This document shows, piece by piece, positions 11,868 through 25,627 of a DNA stretch of 64,000 bases. How positions within the stretch are numbered: the first letter of the stretch is position 1; each line of letters starts with the position of its first letter. A model generated the notes under the pieces. That model was given only the letters and a program-made list of their open reading frames with translations. It was not told the origin of the DNA and made no database searches. The position numbers and the translations under genes were made by a program. The stretch lies in assembly GCA_022813865.1 (NCBI GenBank), contig JALDZX010000026.1, positions 1 to 64,000 on the forward strand. Reading direction: 5' to 3'. This DNA comes from Xylographa opegraphella (lineage: Eukaryota).

Positions 11868-13565
11868 CCTGGGTCTGATAACGGTGCCTGAGGAAAGATC
11901 TGAAGAAAGAATTACGCAGTGTTTAATTCGAGCTTATGAAATTGAAATAACGCGCATCAAAACATGCAAGGAGAATGTGTCCCTTTAATACTCGCAGTAC
12001 TTCGTCTAGCCCGTTGTACGTCGAACACAAACACTCAGCTGCAAGCCATCTTAACGCCCTTGAGGCTGGGCCGGCCAAGGTAAGCTAATTGACCATTGAA
12101 GCTGGACCTGGATGAGAGCCACGCCTCTGGAGGATTGCTAACGACCCGTAACCCGTTAGGCATGAGCGTCAACGTAGACCAGGGCCGGTGCTTGCGCGTG
12201 CCGAAATATTGACGGCATGGGCATAGCACCTAGTCACGTCGGCGGTACTCCGTATACGTGGTGCCAAGCGCACAAATCGTCTAAGAACTGGCGCCACATT
12301 ATTGAGAATGGAAAGCGAGAGGAAACTACAGGTATGGTTGCATTTTTAGGATTTGAACTATTCGAAGAGTCTACCCCAAGAAGTAGCAACGACGGAGCCG
12401 GCTCCAGGATCACACCAGCCAGCCTCAAGCCTGAATGCTTAACGCCACAAGAGGGACTTGGCCCATCCCAAGCAAGTAGCGTCGTGTTTGCCTTGCGAGC
12501 GAACACGAGAAGAGCGTCTGGTGTGCATGATACAAGAACAGTGTGGGAACGCTATACGTTGAGATATGCTGCCAGAAGCGTCGTCGCTCCTCAAGCATGA
12601 AGGAAGAAGTCATGTTTTTGATATTCGTTGAGCCGTTGGCGGCATCCCGATCTCCGCCCGTGGGCATCTCCGCAACCAGACTAGCGAGTACAGCTAGCGA
12701 GTGAGCCCCTGTGCCTCACTCGGCACGACTTTCCCCCCCTGAACAGGGGTGAGGACCAGCCTAACTTGGAATATCCTCGTCGACCTGTACCTGGAACCTT
12801 ATATCTCTCGCTACCTTACTAAGGTATGCTTGGATAGACTTCCTTCACAAGCCAAGCTCGACTGCTACCACAAGTACTGCTACTGCAAACACTCGGCAAT
12901 CCCGACGAAGCAAGACCAGCGCACAACCACCTCGTTGGCCGGTGATGCATAACACGAGTTACCAAGGTTCACTTCAGGCTCGGCGCCAACGCCGGACCCA
13001 CGACCATGTCACCTGGTCCAGGTCTCGCATCAGCCACGAGGGAATGAGGCGGCTCTAGACTTCAAGTCGAACATGCGGCTCTCGGATCTCGGATCCTGGA
13101 TGTCTCACTATCCACTGGACGTGCTGACGGTCGAGACCGGCTTGGCCGTGAGAAGTATATGTGAGGCAGAAACTTGAAGCAAAGGCATCATCGTGAAGAA
13201 AGTTGTAACTGGACACTTCTCACACTTCTCACAGAATGCGACTCATATCTCGTAACTACGGCGAACCCCACATGCTATGTTAACAGCGTAACGGGTTGCA
13301 TTGAAAATCTGACAGGTAGATCGAGATACTCCGTTTCCCTCATCTTTTTCTTGCTGTCTGTCTTTCGATTACTAAAGACATGATTTCTCTTGTATTATCA
13401 ACGGAGATATCCCGCATCGAATGTAGCAAGTGGTCTTTTATGGCACGTCAGAGGAGAGGCACCAAAAACAAACGTGTCAGGCGTTGCTAGACCAAAGGAT
13501 GACTTCGTTGTATATTAAACAAGCCATGCTTTGCATCGGACGAAGCTTGATGTGCTGTTGCGCGA

Positions 13566-14870
13566 TCATGTCATGCCAATGGCCTGCCCATCCTTTTTCC
13601 ATACCTTCGCATCCTTCATCACGAATTCTACTTGCCGAAGAGCCTTCACATCCTTCCGAGGATCCGCACCCAACGCGATGATATCCCCCGCGACTCCCTC
13701 CTCGAACCAGCCAAACTTTCGACCACACCGCATGCCTCCACATGCCTTCCATCCACCAATGGTGGCTGCATGAAAAACATCCTCCAGTGGTAAGCCGGCC
13801 TTCAGCATCAATTCCAATTCTTTCACATTTTCGCCGTGAGGGAACGGCCCCGTATCACCTCCGCACGCCAGCTCCAATCCCAGGTCCCATGCCCGTTTCG
13901 TCGTGGCCAAGATAGTATCCATCACCTTGCCTTTCACGAAGAGATCCAGGACCGCCAGGGTAGGGACAAATATGCATCCATTGGTTTTCATAGCCATCAG
14001 CGTCTCCTGGTCGGCAACAAACCCATGTTCAATGCTCGTGACTCCGGCTTTTGCAGCCATGTTGACGGCCTCGTTGGACCCGCAGTGCGCTGCAACCGGA
14101 CAGTCCGCACGATTTGCCTCCTCGACCAGTGCATTCATTTCTTCCTGGCCATAGAGCAAGTAATTTGGATTTCTCGCCTCGAAATCCACGAGCGCGGCCG
14201 GGTTCGAGGGCGGGAACTGCACATCAGGCCCTCCGGGCACAATTGGAGACGGGAATCGCATCTCCCGTTTTCTGTAATCCGCATACACCTTGATCACGTC
14301 CGCCCCTATCCCAATCCTTCTCCGCACTGCCGCCCTGACCCCATCTACTCCGTCCGCCACGTCCGACAATAATGGCGGGCAACACTGACTCCTCTCGCTT
14401 CGGAAGGCATAACCACCCGAACTCGCAAGCGCCTGCGTGGCAGCATAGATGCGTGGCCCGGGTATCAGCCCGCGGTTGATGGCGTCCCGGATGCCTGTGT
14501 CCGAATCATCCATGGCTTCGGTTCCTAGGTCGCGGTAAGTGGTATACCCCGCCAGAAGCGCGCTGCGGACATGGTTGACGGCGCGAATGGTTCGCTCCGT
14601 GGGTGACTCGTCGCGCATCTGCACTTGCCACGAAGCTTCGGCGTACGCATGCAGGAAGATGTGAGTGTGGGCGTCCACGAGGCCTGGGAGGACAAGTGGA
14701 TAATGGCGGAGATCGATATCGTCAGGGGATATATCCTCGGCAGTGTTCTGGCGGTGAAAAACCTTCGTGATGAGGCCGGTAACCGGGTCGACAGTGATGG
14801 AGCGGTCTCGGAGGAACGCCTTCTGTTGGGGATCGAACAGAAGTGATGTGTGGACGGTGAACGGGGACAT
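13566..14870 (-). CDS. Metal-dependent amidohydrolase (prolidase-like, Amidohydro_1)
   Basis: 434-aa ORF with LPGLVDAHTH (HxH), GYTTYRDLG, GADVIKVY, VAAH, SIEHG and GGDTG motifs. Confidence 0.9.
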   Translation of the reverse strand: MSPFTVHTSLLFDPQQKAFLRDRSITVDPVTGLITKVFHRQNTAEDISPDDIDLRHYPLVLPGLVDAHTHIFLHAYAEASWQVQMRDESPTERTIRAVNHVRSALLAGYTTYRDLGTEAMDDSDTGIRDAINRGLIPGPRIYAATQALASSGGYAFRSERSQCCPPLLSDVADGVDGVRAAVRRRIGIGADVIKVYADYRKREMRFPSPIVPGGPDVQFPPSNPAALVDFEARNPNYLLYGQEEMNALVEEANRADCPVAAHCGSNEAVNMAAKAGVTSIEHGFVADQETLMAMKTNGCIFVPTLAVLDLFVKGKVMDTILATTKRAWDLGLELACGGDTGPFPHGENVKELELMLKAGLPLEDVFHAATIGGWKACGGMRCGRKFGWFEEGVAGDIIALGADPRKDVKALRQVEFVMKDAKVWKKDGQAIGMT

Positions 14871-15371
14871 GGTTTCGCGGTTTTTGTTTTACGGGCTTAG
14901 ATAAATCATATGTATAGGTATTTATGGCCGAAACAGCTCAAATTCGGTATCGAGCCTGATATAGCTATCAGAACTTCTAGGCTCGTGAAACCTCGAATGG
15001 AATTACAATACGCAGCTTCACCCAGACGCAATTGCCATTGTACAGGCTACTCCGCTTCAAATAACACGTCGTTACCACATCATAAGGTACCTGTGTGGGT
15101 TAAATCCGTACTATCGGACGTGGAGAGGTTGGGTGTAACCGGAAATGGAAGGACGCTCGCGGAGAATCGGTGATCCGGTTATTAACCACATCATCATAGT
15201 AAAATATGGGTCTGAAGCTAACATGTGCGCGACGGAGAATACACAAGAGACATTTGATAAATGTCGACCAAGTTGATATGTATGTCTGGTATAATTGATT
15301 GATTAATCAGGGGAAGGGTGGAGTGGCAGCCACTTCTTTCCAACACTATTGCTGAATACGTTCATGAAGTC

Positions 15372-16227
15372 TTATTGGGACACCCATGGCAAACCCATTT
15401 CGCGCATCCTTACAGCCAGTTGAAAGATGTAGTCTAAGCTAATTGAGATCAGTTGCCGCATCTATCACGCCGGCCTATACCACTCACCTTTCGGCTTGAG
15501 TTTTAGCTTTCTGGACATTGTCTCCCCATACATAACTGAAACCTGTCAGCGCAAGATCTCGGCCCTGGAGGTGCTTTTTTACATGCCGTGCCGTCTCACA
15601 AGGACAGCATATGTGTCGGGATGTTGCTCCATCGCTGCAGTCAGACTGCTCGTGAGGTCCCGCTCGCTGGCTTGGATTAGCAGCTCATTCGGACGATCAC
15701 ATTCGAACTTACTGAGCGGTGTTCTCGATAATAGGAATGCTCAATCTGTCGAAATAACCCAGCATGCCGGGCTTGCCCCGGCCCTTGGGAATACCCTTGA
15801 TCTGTTCGATCTTTTCAATCTCGAAGCATTTCTTGCGCACGTCCTCTTCTGATTCTCGGGCATCTCTTTCAACCAATAGCGTGACAAGGACAGCCCACTG
15901 ACTGTGCGTGTGGATACAGCATCCAGCTCCACGATCAAAGGCCGCAAGGAACAACGGTGTACATTGGGAAGGATTCAGCACAGGGGGCTCCCGAAGGTAC
16001 TTGCGTGTAGCATAATCCATCACGAACATATCTGTAGGCTGCAACAGTTCTTTCTGAACACCGGACGGGGCAATGAAGATATACGGTCCATGACGAATCG
16101 AGGTCCCTCCACCTGTGCCTGTGACCCACCCCCAGTTGTGGAAATTGCGACACAGAGTACAAATCAGATTCGCTGGATGTTGCGGGTCAGAAGACAATAT
16201 CAGATCCTCAGTAGTTACGGAGTCCAT
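15372..16227 (-). CDS. MDE1: Methylthioribulose-1-phosphate dehydratase (methionine salvage), multi-exon
   Basis: [37 protein letters not shown] and IPIIENT; later exons encode [12 protein letters not shown] and LDYIFQLAV; stop TAA at 15372-15374. Confidence 0.92.
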
Positions 16228-16825
16228 TACTGAGAAAACAGCCAATTTCGGCCTATAATCAAGTAGAGTTGCTCACTTCCGTTTAGACCTCGGGCGTCAC
16301 TCGGTACAATGCACCACTCTATAATGCGTTGCACAGACAAGCAGGTGAATTATCTGTATTAGAAGCAACAAGAGCTTTGGGATATACCAGCGACCAAACG
16401 CAAGGATGGTACAAATTCTGTCGTTCGGAAGTGGCCGTTCAAACGTTAGGAAGTTCAATGTGCGGTACGGCGTAGAGGCTGGATCTGCAAAACCTCAACA
16501 GCCTACTGGCAGAGTGGTCGCCGGATCCAGATATTTATGTCGGCCATCAGCGGCCTTCTCGGATACGAGCACAGTACTCTTCACGTGTAGTCACCACGAT
16601 GCCACAGAGCGTCGGGGTTCTAGAAACCTCTGTAAATTAATTACGGCTAGTGGTGAAACCAAAATTTGGAGCTCCTTTCCGAAGAGGACACTTTTCATCT
16701 CAGAGGTTCCCCACACTCCGACCAATATAATTTCTTCATCAACGTGTGCTGCCTTGAAAGACCACCTCTTGTCTCGCTCTTGTGCCATTGCCTTTTGGCT
16801 TTGATATCAGTAGTCTTCATTGAAG

Positions 16826-18818
16826 ATGCGTCTCGACGCTGCTCTCGTTTCGGCGTTCTACTCGTCCGCCGTTCTAATCGGTCATGCCCGTGCCCAGGAT
16901 GCCGAGGATCTTGTGGGATCCGTCACTTCTGTGGTGGAGTCACTGACATCTTCTCTTGTCTCAAAGCCTACCTTTACAGTAAGTTGTTCTACAAGGAATA
17001 CACAAGGCTGGTGATTATGCTTGAACAACTCCCACTAACAATATATTCAAGCCTTCTGTCATCAAAGCTCCATTCTTCGAACAATTTACCGATGACTGGG
17101 AGTCGCGATGGAAACCTTCTCACGCAAAGAAGGAGGATTCGAAGACCGACGAAGAGTGGGCCTATGTCGGGGAGTGGGCTGTCGAGGAGCCCCACGTTCT
17201 GAAGGCTATCGAAGGGGATAAGGGACTTGTAGTCAAGAACGCTGCAGCACATCATGCCATTTCTGCCAAATTTGACGAGAAGGTAGACAATAAAGGTCAA
17301 ACTCTAGTCGTCCAATATGAGGTCAAGCTTCAAAGTCAGAATTTCTTCCCTACCAGCTCAAGTCTGTACTAACACAGCTCTGTTAGATGGTCTTGAATGC
17401 GGCGGAGCATATATGAAACTCCTCCAGGACAACAAGGCTCTCCACGCTGAAGAATTCTCAAACGCCTCCCCGTATATCATTATGTTTGGCCCAGACAAGT
17501 GCGGCGCCACGAACAAGGTAAACCGCCAGCATTTTCTAGACACACCAACGCAAACGCTAACGAACTTCTTACAGGTTCACTTCATCTTCAGACACAAGAA
17601 TCCCAAGACTGGCGAATATGAGGAGAAGCATCTGAAGAGTCCCCCCATGGCCAAGATCGAGAAGCAGACCAATCTCTATACACTTATTGTGAAACCCGAT
17701 CAGACATTCCAGATCCAAATCAACGGGGAGAGCCTGAAAAACGGTAGCCTTCTTGAAGACTTCACTCCGTCTGTAAACCCAGAGAAAGAGATTGATGACC
17801 CCAAGGATACCAAGCCAGCGGATTGGATTGACCAGGCGAGAATCGCAGACCCTGAAGCAACCAAGCCAGAAGACTGGGACGAAGACGCGCCCTTCGAGGT
17901 CGTTGACCAAGAAGCCACAAAGCCCGATGATTGGCTCGACGATGAGCCATTGACAATACCGGACCCAGAGGCTGAAAAGCCTGAGGACTGGGATGATGAG
18001 GAAGATGGCGACTGGGTCCCTCCAAGCGTCTCTAATCCCAAGTGCGAGGAGGCTTCTGGTTGTGGAAAATGGGAACAGCCGATGAAGAGAAACCCGGATT
18101 ATAAGGGCAAATGGACAGCGCCGTTCATAGATAACCCAGCATACATTGGTGTTTGGAAGCCTCGCAAGATTGCAAACCCAGACTACTATGAAGACAAAAC
18201 CCCTGCCAACTTCGAACCGATGGGAGCTGTGAGTTTTGTGCCGTACAATCTCACGATTCACCACTAACATATTGGTAGATTGGATTCGAAATCTGGACAA
18301 TGCAGAACGATATTCTCTTCGACAACATCTACATCGGTCACTCCATCGAAGACGCTGCTAAACTCAAGACGGAGACATACGATATCAAGAAGCCGATTGA
18401 GAGTGCCGAAGACGAAGCGGCTAAGCCCAAAACACCTGAGAAGGCCAAGTCCCCATTGGATCTCAAGTTCATGGACGATCCCATTCTATACGTCCGTGAG
18501 AAGGTCCAGCTGTTCATGACCATCGCCCGGAAAGACCCCATTGAAGCCATCAAGTTCGTTCCCGAAGTCGCTGGAGGTCTTGGTGTTCTTCTCGTCACCC
18601 TTCTTGCAGTTGTTATCGGAGCTGTCGGGATGAGCAGCGCGCCACCGCCCCCTTCATCGGCAAAGAAGAGTGCTGAGAAGGCCAAAGTGAATGATACGGC
18701 AGCTTCAGCTATCCATGAGTTGGCCGAGGCTACGACTTCGGGGACTGGTAGTGAGAAGGTGCAAGCTGAGGTCAACAAGCGCACAACACGCTCCTCGGCT
18801 GCTGCTGCTGCTGAGTGA
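16826..18818 (+). CDS. CNE1: Calnexin, multi-exon
   Basis: Signal peptide; [30 protein letters not shown]-domain repeats ([33 protein letters not shown]); C-terminal TM helix and cytosolic tail. Confidence 0.95.
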
Positions 18819-19288
18819 TCTAATCCCTGAAGAGCGTTACCAAATACAAGGCACGAAGATGATCGTGGACTTCGTGTTGAGGTATGTTCAGGAATAGCTG
18901 CAACGAGGGTAGTTGCTCCAAAAATTATTATTCAGATGAACGAAACCATTGGGTTGCCGATTCCTGAGATATTGTGTGGAACATGTACAATATTAGCTTA
19001 GCGGTTAAGGTAACATGATTCGAGAACTTAGATATTCTCCTGTCCTCTCTCTTGCCGTACTTTGATATCTGCAGTTACTGTAACGAATCTGGGAGACTAC
19101 TGCAGCAGGGTAGCTGAAACTACCGGGTACACTACCTAATCCCCTCCCTGCAAGGCCCCACAACATTTCGGCAAAGCTCACCCCGCAACACGACGTCAGC
19201 TGAGTAGGGATAATCACCGCTTGCTGCTGAAAGAGTTGTACGATGATGGGCTTTCAATCTCAACCTCCATGATCGACAATAAAGCGCA

Positions 19289-21143
19289 ATGGCTTCGAGG
19301 AGAATAGCATGGTCGCTACCAGCACGTCAAATACACCGCATAACCCCTCGTCGAAGTTCTCTGAATCCCCTGGTCAATGTACAATTCCTCCGAAATAGGA
19401 CCCCCTCGAGATCTTTCCAAATGACTTCCAAACACTACAGACCTGCCGGTACAAGCACGGCAGCCTCAACCGCTGAGGAGTATCAAACGGACCACAAAGC
19501 CCTCAAATCGCCCATAGATACCCACAACTTCATAGACAACCAGTTCATCCAGTCGAAAGCTACAACATGGATCGACCTCCATGATCCCGCCACCAATAAC
19601 CTCGTCACCCGCGTGCCTCAGAGTACAGACGACGAACTTCGTGCTGCAGTCGAGAGTGCAAAGAAGGCATTTCCGGCATGGCGGGCTACGAGTATCATGA
19701 GCAAACAGCAGATTATGTTCAAGTTCGTGGCATTGATACGGGAACATTGGGATCGATTGGCCGCGAGCATCACCCTGGAACAGGGCAAGACTTTTGCAGA
19801 TGCCAGAGGTGATGTCTTGAGAGGCTTGCAGGTAGCAGAAACAGCTTGTGGAATCACGACACAGTTAACTGGCGAGGTGTTGGAAGTTGCCAAGGACATG
19901 GAGACAAGGAGTTATAGAGAGCCATTGGGCGTGGTAGCCGCCATCTGCCCCTTTAGTAGGTTGACCACAGCAACTTGTGCGACAGCTTGGCTGATGAAGT
20001 GCCAGACTTTCCCGCTATGATTCCTTTATGGACCATTCCAATCGCAACAGTCACCGGGAACACGCTCATCCTCAAACCTTCTGAACGAGACCCTGGTGCT
20101 GCTATGATCCTCGCCGAACTGGCTCAAAAGGCCGGCTTTCCTGATGGAGTCATCAACATAATACACGGCGCTGCCAAAACAGTCGACTTCATAATTGACG
20201 AACCTGCCATTAAAGCGATCGGCTTCGTGGGTAGCAATAAAGCAGGGGAGTACATCTGGACGAGAGGTTCTGCGAATGGAAAACGAGTGCAAGCCAATCT
20301 AGGCGCAAAGAACCATGCCGCTGTCATGCCGGATTGCAATAAGAACCATGCCCTCAATGCCATCACCGGAGCTGCTTTCGGCGCGGCCGGTCAAAGATGT
20401 ATGGCTTTGAGTACCTTGGTGATGGTCGGTGAAACAAAAGACTGGGTAGACGAGATCGCTGAACGGGCTAAGAAGCTCAACGTTAATGCTGGATTCGAAG
20501 AGGGTGCTGACCTCGGGCCCGTGATCAGCCCGCAAGCCAAAGCGCGCATCGAAGGCCTGATTGCAAGTGCCGAAGAGGAGGGTGCGACAATCGTACTTGA
20601 CGGCCGAGGTTACAAGCCAGAAAAGTACCCTAATGGAAACTGGGTCAGTGAAAGATCTTTCCTACCTAGTGCTACAGTTCTCCCTTCCTTTACCCAAAAG
20701 TCTCCAACTAATACCTGGTACGTCTCTAGATTGGGCCTACTCTTATCACCAACGTTAAACCACACATGAAATGTTACACCGAAGAGATCTTCGGGCCCGT
20801 CCTTGTCTGTCTCGACGCCCCTAATCTTGACGCTGCAATCGACCTCATCAATGCCAACGAGTACGGCAACGGTGTTGCGATCTTCACGCGCTCCGGCGCC
20901 ACTGCCACTTACTTCCAAAAGCACATCGAGGCCGGTCAGGTGGGTATCAACGTCCCTATCCCCGTGCCCCTTCCAATGTTTTCCTTCACTGGAAACAAGA
21001 AGAGTGTTGCAGGCGGTGGAGCAAATACATTCTATGGGAAGCCTGGCTTGAACTTCTATACGCAGACGAAAACGGTGACGAGTTTGTGGAGAGAGGATGA
21101 TGCAGGGGTGGAGAAGGGGGTGAATATGCCAACGCAGAGCTGA
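19289..21143 (+). CDS. Methylmalonate-semialdehyde dehydrogenase (ALDH6 family), mitochondrial, 3 exons
   Basis: Arg-rich presequence; ICPFNFP across intron 1; [15 protein letters not shown], catalytic GQRCMA, EEIFGPV and GINVPIPVP. Confidence 0.93.
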
Positions 21144-23098
21144 TTGGGCGTATAAAGGCAAGCTGAAGGATCATGTATATTGTATATAAATGGAGAACAT
21201 GGAACGGAGGTGCGGGCGGCCTTCACAGGGACAAATGTAAAACTGCTTATTCAATGCATGTTTCGTGGGTTGTATCTTGGATTTGTCGTCGCGTGCGCCT
21301 CATACATACGTTACCTCGATCCACCCAGCGACTTTTTCTGACTTGGGCACCGCTCTGAATCTATTTCGGATATTGTGCACACAAGACAATATCTGTGGTG
21401 TCGAATATCATCGATTGTTAGTGTCACATGGTTCACATTTGTGTGGTGACGGGCTCAGTCGTGGAACGTACTTTGGAGGAGGCTACTATAGTGAGTACTT
21501 CTAACCTCTCCGTGTATTAAGCTCTCGGAGCCTTGATAGTGTTGTGAGCTAAAAGACGATGGAGGTGCTAGACTTGGTGGTTGGGAAAGACCGGAGATGA
21601 GTTGCGCAGCTTATCATAGGACTAATGGCCAGGAGCGACTTGATATATCTAGGGTACAGTTGACCACCGAACGTTCGGCTGGGTATCAATCGTAAGCCCT
21701 GACGTATGGCTCTCTGGCTGTTACCTTTTTCTTCTGTGCAGCAGGAAATGGCAGGCTTCATCTCGTGGCTAGGTCTAAGCAGTCTCGCGTGGACTTATCC
21801 TCATGGCTTCTGGTCTTCTTGTTTGCTTTGCCTGCCGAATTAAAGATCTCATTGACATTTCAACACATTTAATTCCCTATTCTGTCCAACTGGAATATTG
21901 TATGCAAGCAGTTTGGTATTTACTACCACAACAGGCTATACTATTCCGCACCAAATTCTGTGGGATGGAGTTGAACCGCGTACCTGATTTCCTCGGTCCA
22001 AAGCTACTCTGCGAAATCTTCTGCGACATCAGGAGTATTCGTAGGAAGACATTCGTCTTTAAACTCCAGTACTCACGACATAGCAACTCATTCCTTCTTG
22101 CGGATCTGCTCACTGGTCCCGCTCTTACCCGTTTACCGTTTCTGATTCGGTGACTAATCTCACACCGATCAGTCAATCTGCTAATAGGAAGTCCGACAGA
22201 TACGAGAAATTCCGGTATCACAACAGTCGGAGAGCAGACAGTATGGATTGTCTCTAAAATTCAACACTCGATGTCACTCCAGCGCCCGCTGGAGACATGC
22301 ACGCACCGTTGGTGAGTACATGTGCTTGCAGTAAATAGCTAGAGTTATGCTGAAAGGATAGAAGTTTTAGCTGATTTCGGCAAGAAATTTAGGTATGACG
22401 GACTATACGAGGTAACCTGTCCTTCGATTCTAGCTCATGAAACCCCCATCTTTGTTCGCTATTGGGATAACCTCTGCCAGCCATTATACTGGACTTTGTG
22501 CTACCGTACATTGAGATTTTTAGTTTGGGAATATTGCAGCTGCCTTCCATAGTTACATGTTGTATATACGTCAGCTTTACATATCTCAAGGGGTCATTGG
22601 GAAGTGAAGCCGTTGTGTGCAATAGTTCACAGCTAGGGAATCTTTCTGCCATAGAATCCGAAGAGAGCTTCGGCATGTGCCACCCTCAAGCTACTATATT
22701 GTGATCTACGTGGTCTTGCACACTCGTCGCATCTTTCAAGTGATTCGATCTTCCTGCTGTCCTCTTGTTAATTGGGTAAATCCTCCGGAGTACCTTTGGT
22801 GAAGATAGGGCGGCAGGCAACATCACGTGAGCTCCTCTACCTGTGCAAGCGCCACTTCTAGCGTTAAACTCGGCGGAATCGAAGAAGAAAGAACATGACC
22901 TCGCAGTCATTTCGCCATATCATTCCTCTTCATCTCCACCCAGTCGCCGCACTCTTGGGAAGAATCTCCTTCTCCACCATGGAAGACACCTGAGTCTGCT
23001 GGTACTACCAGCTTATGTCTCTCCATGAAGAGATGCCTGCTGGATAAGAAGACCATGGCTATCACTTATCAGGTACCATCGTTCGCACAATATCCAAT

Positions 23099-24765
23099 AT
23101 GGAAACACTGGAAATCTGCTGCCAGGTCTGCCACCGACCAGGTACCAGCACCTTGTCCCTCAACTGCGTCACGTGTGCTCGAAATACGCTGTATGAACCT
23201 CGACTACAGCATGTCCAATCGTTACTCAGCAAAGAGGCACTCGGAAGGGAAGTTGAGCACGCCTTGATAGCAGGGAGGGCATCAAACAGGACTCACGCAT
23301 CTGCTCGTATCACGTACGAAAGTTCGACGTCTCAATCGTTCGAGGTCGTTGAGCGCATCAAGACCATTCAAAGTCATGCGGACATCTTGCAAGTCCAAAT
23401 AAAGGAGATGAGACTGGACAATGCGAAGCGGAAAGCCGCACATGAGAAACGTCGGACACTTCTCGGGGCTGCGAAGCGCGATCTTGCTGAACAGGAAGCC
23501 AAAACAGCAGAACCCACTCAGAGGGCTATTGCCAAGACCAACCACACGTGGGACATCTTGCATACTGAAACTGTGAAGTCCCGCGTTTTTCTATGCCGAG
23601 AAGTGGCGAGTCTCTATGGTTTGCAACAAAAGAAGCGAAGGAAAGGAGTTTTGGGTCGCGATTCCTACATCATCGGCGGTGTTCCGATTGTCGACATTCG
23701 AGATATCAATAGTAAGTGATATATCGTCTGTTTGTATTCGTGCACGAAATGGCTGCTAATAGATCCGAAGCTACGGACCCTCTTCAAATTACCGTCTCCA
23801 CTGCTTGTATTGCTCATCTTCTTCATTTGACGTCTCACTACCTTGCCGTTCGTCTTCCGGCTGAAATTTCCTTGCCTAATGCCGTCCATCCGTATACCCA
23901 GATCTTTTCTCCGTTGTCGTCTTACAACAATCCAGCCATTCCATACCCCCGTACGAAACTGTCTCCTTCGTCCTCGACATCTAACACTAACCGCCCCACC
24001 TCCCGAGCACGACCTCTGTACCTCGATAAGCCTCCTCTCAATCTTGCGACCGAGGATCCAATAGCCTATGCACTATTCATTGAAGCCATAACGCTCCTAG
24101 CTTGGGATCTTGCCTGGCTCTGCAAAACCCAAGGTCTCGATGTCAGCACACGCAGCTGGGAAGATGTCTGTGCCTTGGGCAAGAACATGTGGCTGCTCTT
24201 CGTTGCTCCGCCCACAAGACCCACGATCTCTCGTATCACGTCCACAACTACCGATGCAGTTACGAAGACTCCCTCCCCAAATACGATTCCGTCCACCAAA
24301 GCACCGATGATCAAACCTTCCGAAATTACCCACACTGCCGGGATCGCGGCTTTGCATCTGGGACATTTCTCACACGGCACAAACCACAGCTTCCTCAGCG
24401 CTGCCGAGGGTTCCGAATACATGCGAACATGGAAGCTGGCAAGTCCAATGCGGGTCATTCAGAAGGTGAAAGATGCGCTTGTGAGTGCGCGCATGGGTGC
24501 CGACTGGGAAGTTCTTGAGGAAGTTGAGTGGGAGGGGGAGGCTTTGGAGAGGGAAGAAGCTGGGAAAGCAGCAGCCGTGAACACAAACGAGCCTGCGCTA
24601 CCCAGAACTCTTCTCGGTGGGACTGCGGTCGAAAGTGGATCACCTAAGCTTAGTGGAACCCTTCTGGCTAGAAGATCAAGACGAGCATCGGAAGCGCAGG
24701 AAGAGGGAAGAGAGAAGGGTAGGAGTGGCTGGATGAAGCTCAAGAGTCGAGGCGTGGATGGCTGA
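23099..24765 (+). CDS. Atg14/Vps38(UVRAG)-family PI3K complex subunit, 2 exons
   Basis: N-terminal CxxC...CxxC (CQVC, CVTC); long coiled coil; RVFLCREVASLYGL; intron 23712-23770; YLAVRLPAEI and LLAWDLAWLCKTQG. Confidence 0.8.
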
Positions 24766-24932
24766 AGTGGGAGCACTTCTCCCCAGTTCGCGGTAGCTAC
24801 CTGTACGGCGGTAATGGCGCAACTTAGATCATTGGATCTGCTTCTATCTTGGAGGTGGCTGCATGCCGTAGTGCAAAATAAACGTTGTCTGAAGTATCCC
24901 TCCTGGATCCATTCTTTTTGATATAGAATGGT

Positions 24933-25016
24933 ATACTTCACTGGCTCCACGCATATGTAGATACTTCACTGGCTCTACGCATACTTAGATACTTCACTGG
25001 CTCCACGCATATATAA
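24933..25016. repeat. 28-bp minisatellite, 3 tandem copies
   Basis: ATACTTCACTGGCTCCACGCATATGTAG / ATACTTCACTGGCTCTACGCATACTTAG / ATACTTCACTGGCTCCACGCATATATAA, head to tail with no spacers. Confidence 0.9.
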
Positions 25017-25627
25017 ATCAGAATGTGTGACTTCCGGTGTTGCTGCGAGGGCTCGCAGCCTTGCTGAGTCTACACTGGATACTCGAGAAAAAATTCCGTC
25101 TTTGCCGTCTTCGATCTTATATATCGTTGTAGACGTCCGTGGAATAGGAAGCAATGGCTCTACGACTCCGCTAGAGGGTGGTAGGAGCCACTGCATTCAA
25201 GATTGACGGACATGGGAGGTCAGGGCCGGTTGGATTCTACTCGCTTGCCGTCACGTCACAACTGACAGGATACGATTCCTGAACGAAAGTCACAAACACG
25301 ATATCCATCTGTGATTCTTCTCGGCGAGGACGGATGCCGAAATGATTAATGACATCGTCGAGCAAATGTACTGCACACGCAGGGGCTTAAATAAGTCACA
25401 CTGTCAGCGTAAGTGCTAGGTTCAGCGCCACACGACAATGTCGATAGAATTTATTCATGAGTATCAGCATATGGTGGAGTTATGTACAGAGTTGAAACAA
25501 GGAAAACCGTAGCCTATAAGGTAGAATAACCATCGCCCCGCCCCTGTCCGTTATTTCGGTAGAGTTCCGTATAGCCGTCATGACGCCTCCCAATTTTGTA
25601 CTCATGGTGTCCAACAGGCCCAACACT

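Noticed and set aside
17569..18300. 243-aa minus-strand ORF and similar overlapping ORFs elsewhere (e.g. 2926..3615, 10429..11121, 51727..52389)
   Set aside because: They lie antisense to well-supported genes and show no recognisable motifs.
24933..25016. CRISPR-like array (28-bp repeats)
   Set aside because: The units are directly adjacent with no unique spacers, there are no cas genes, and the context is eukaryotic; it is a simple minisatellite.
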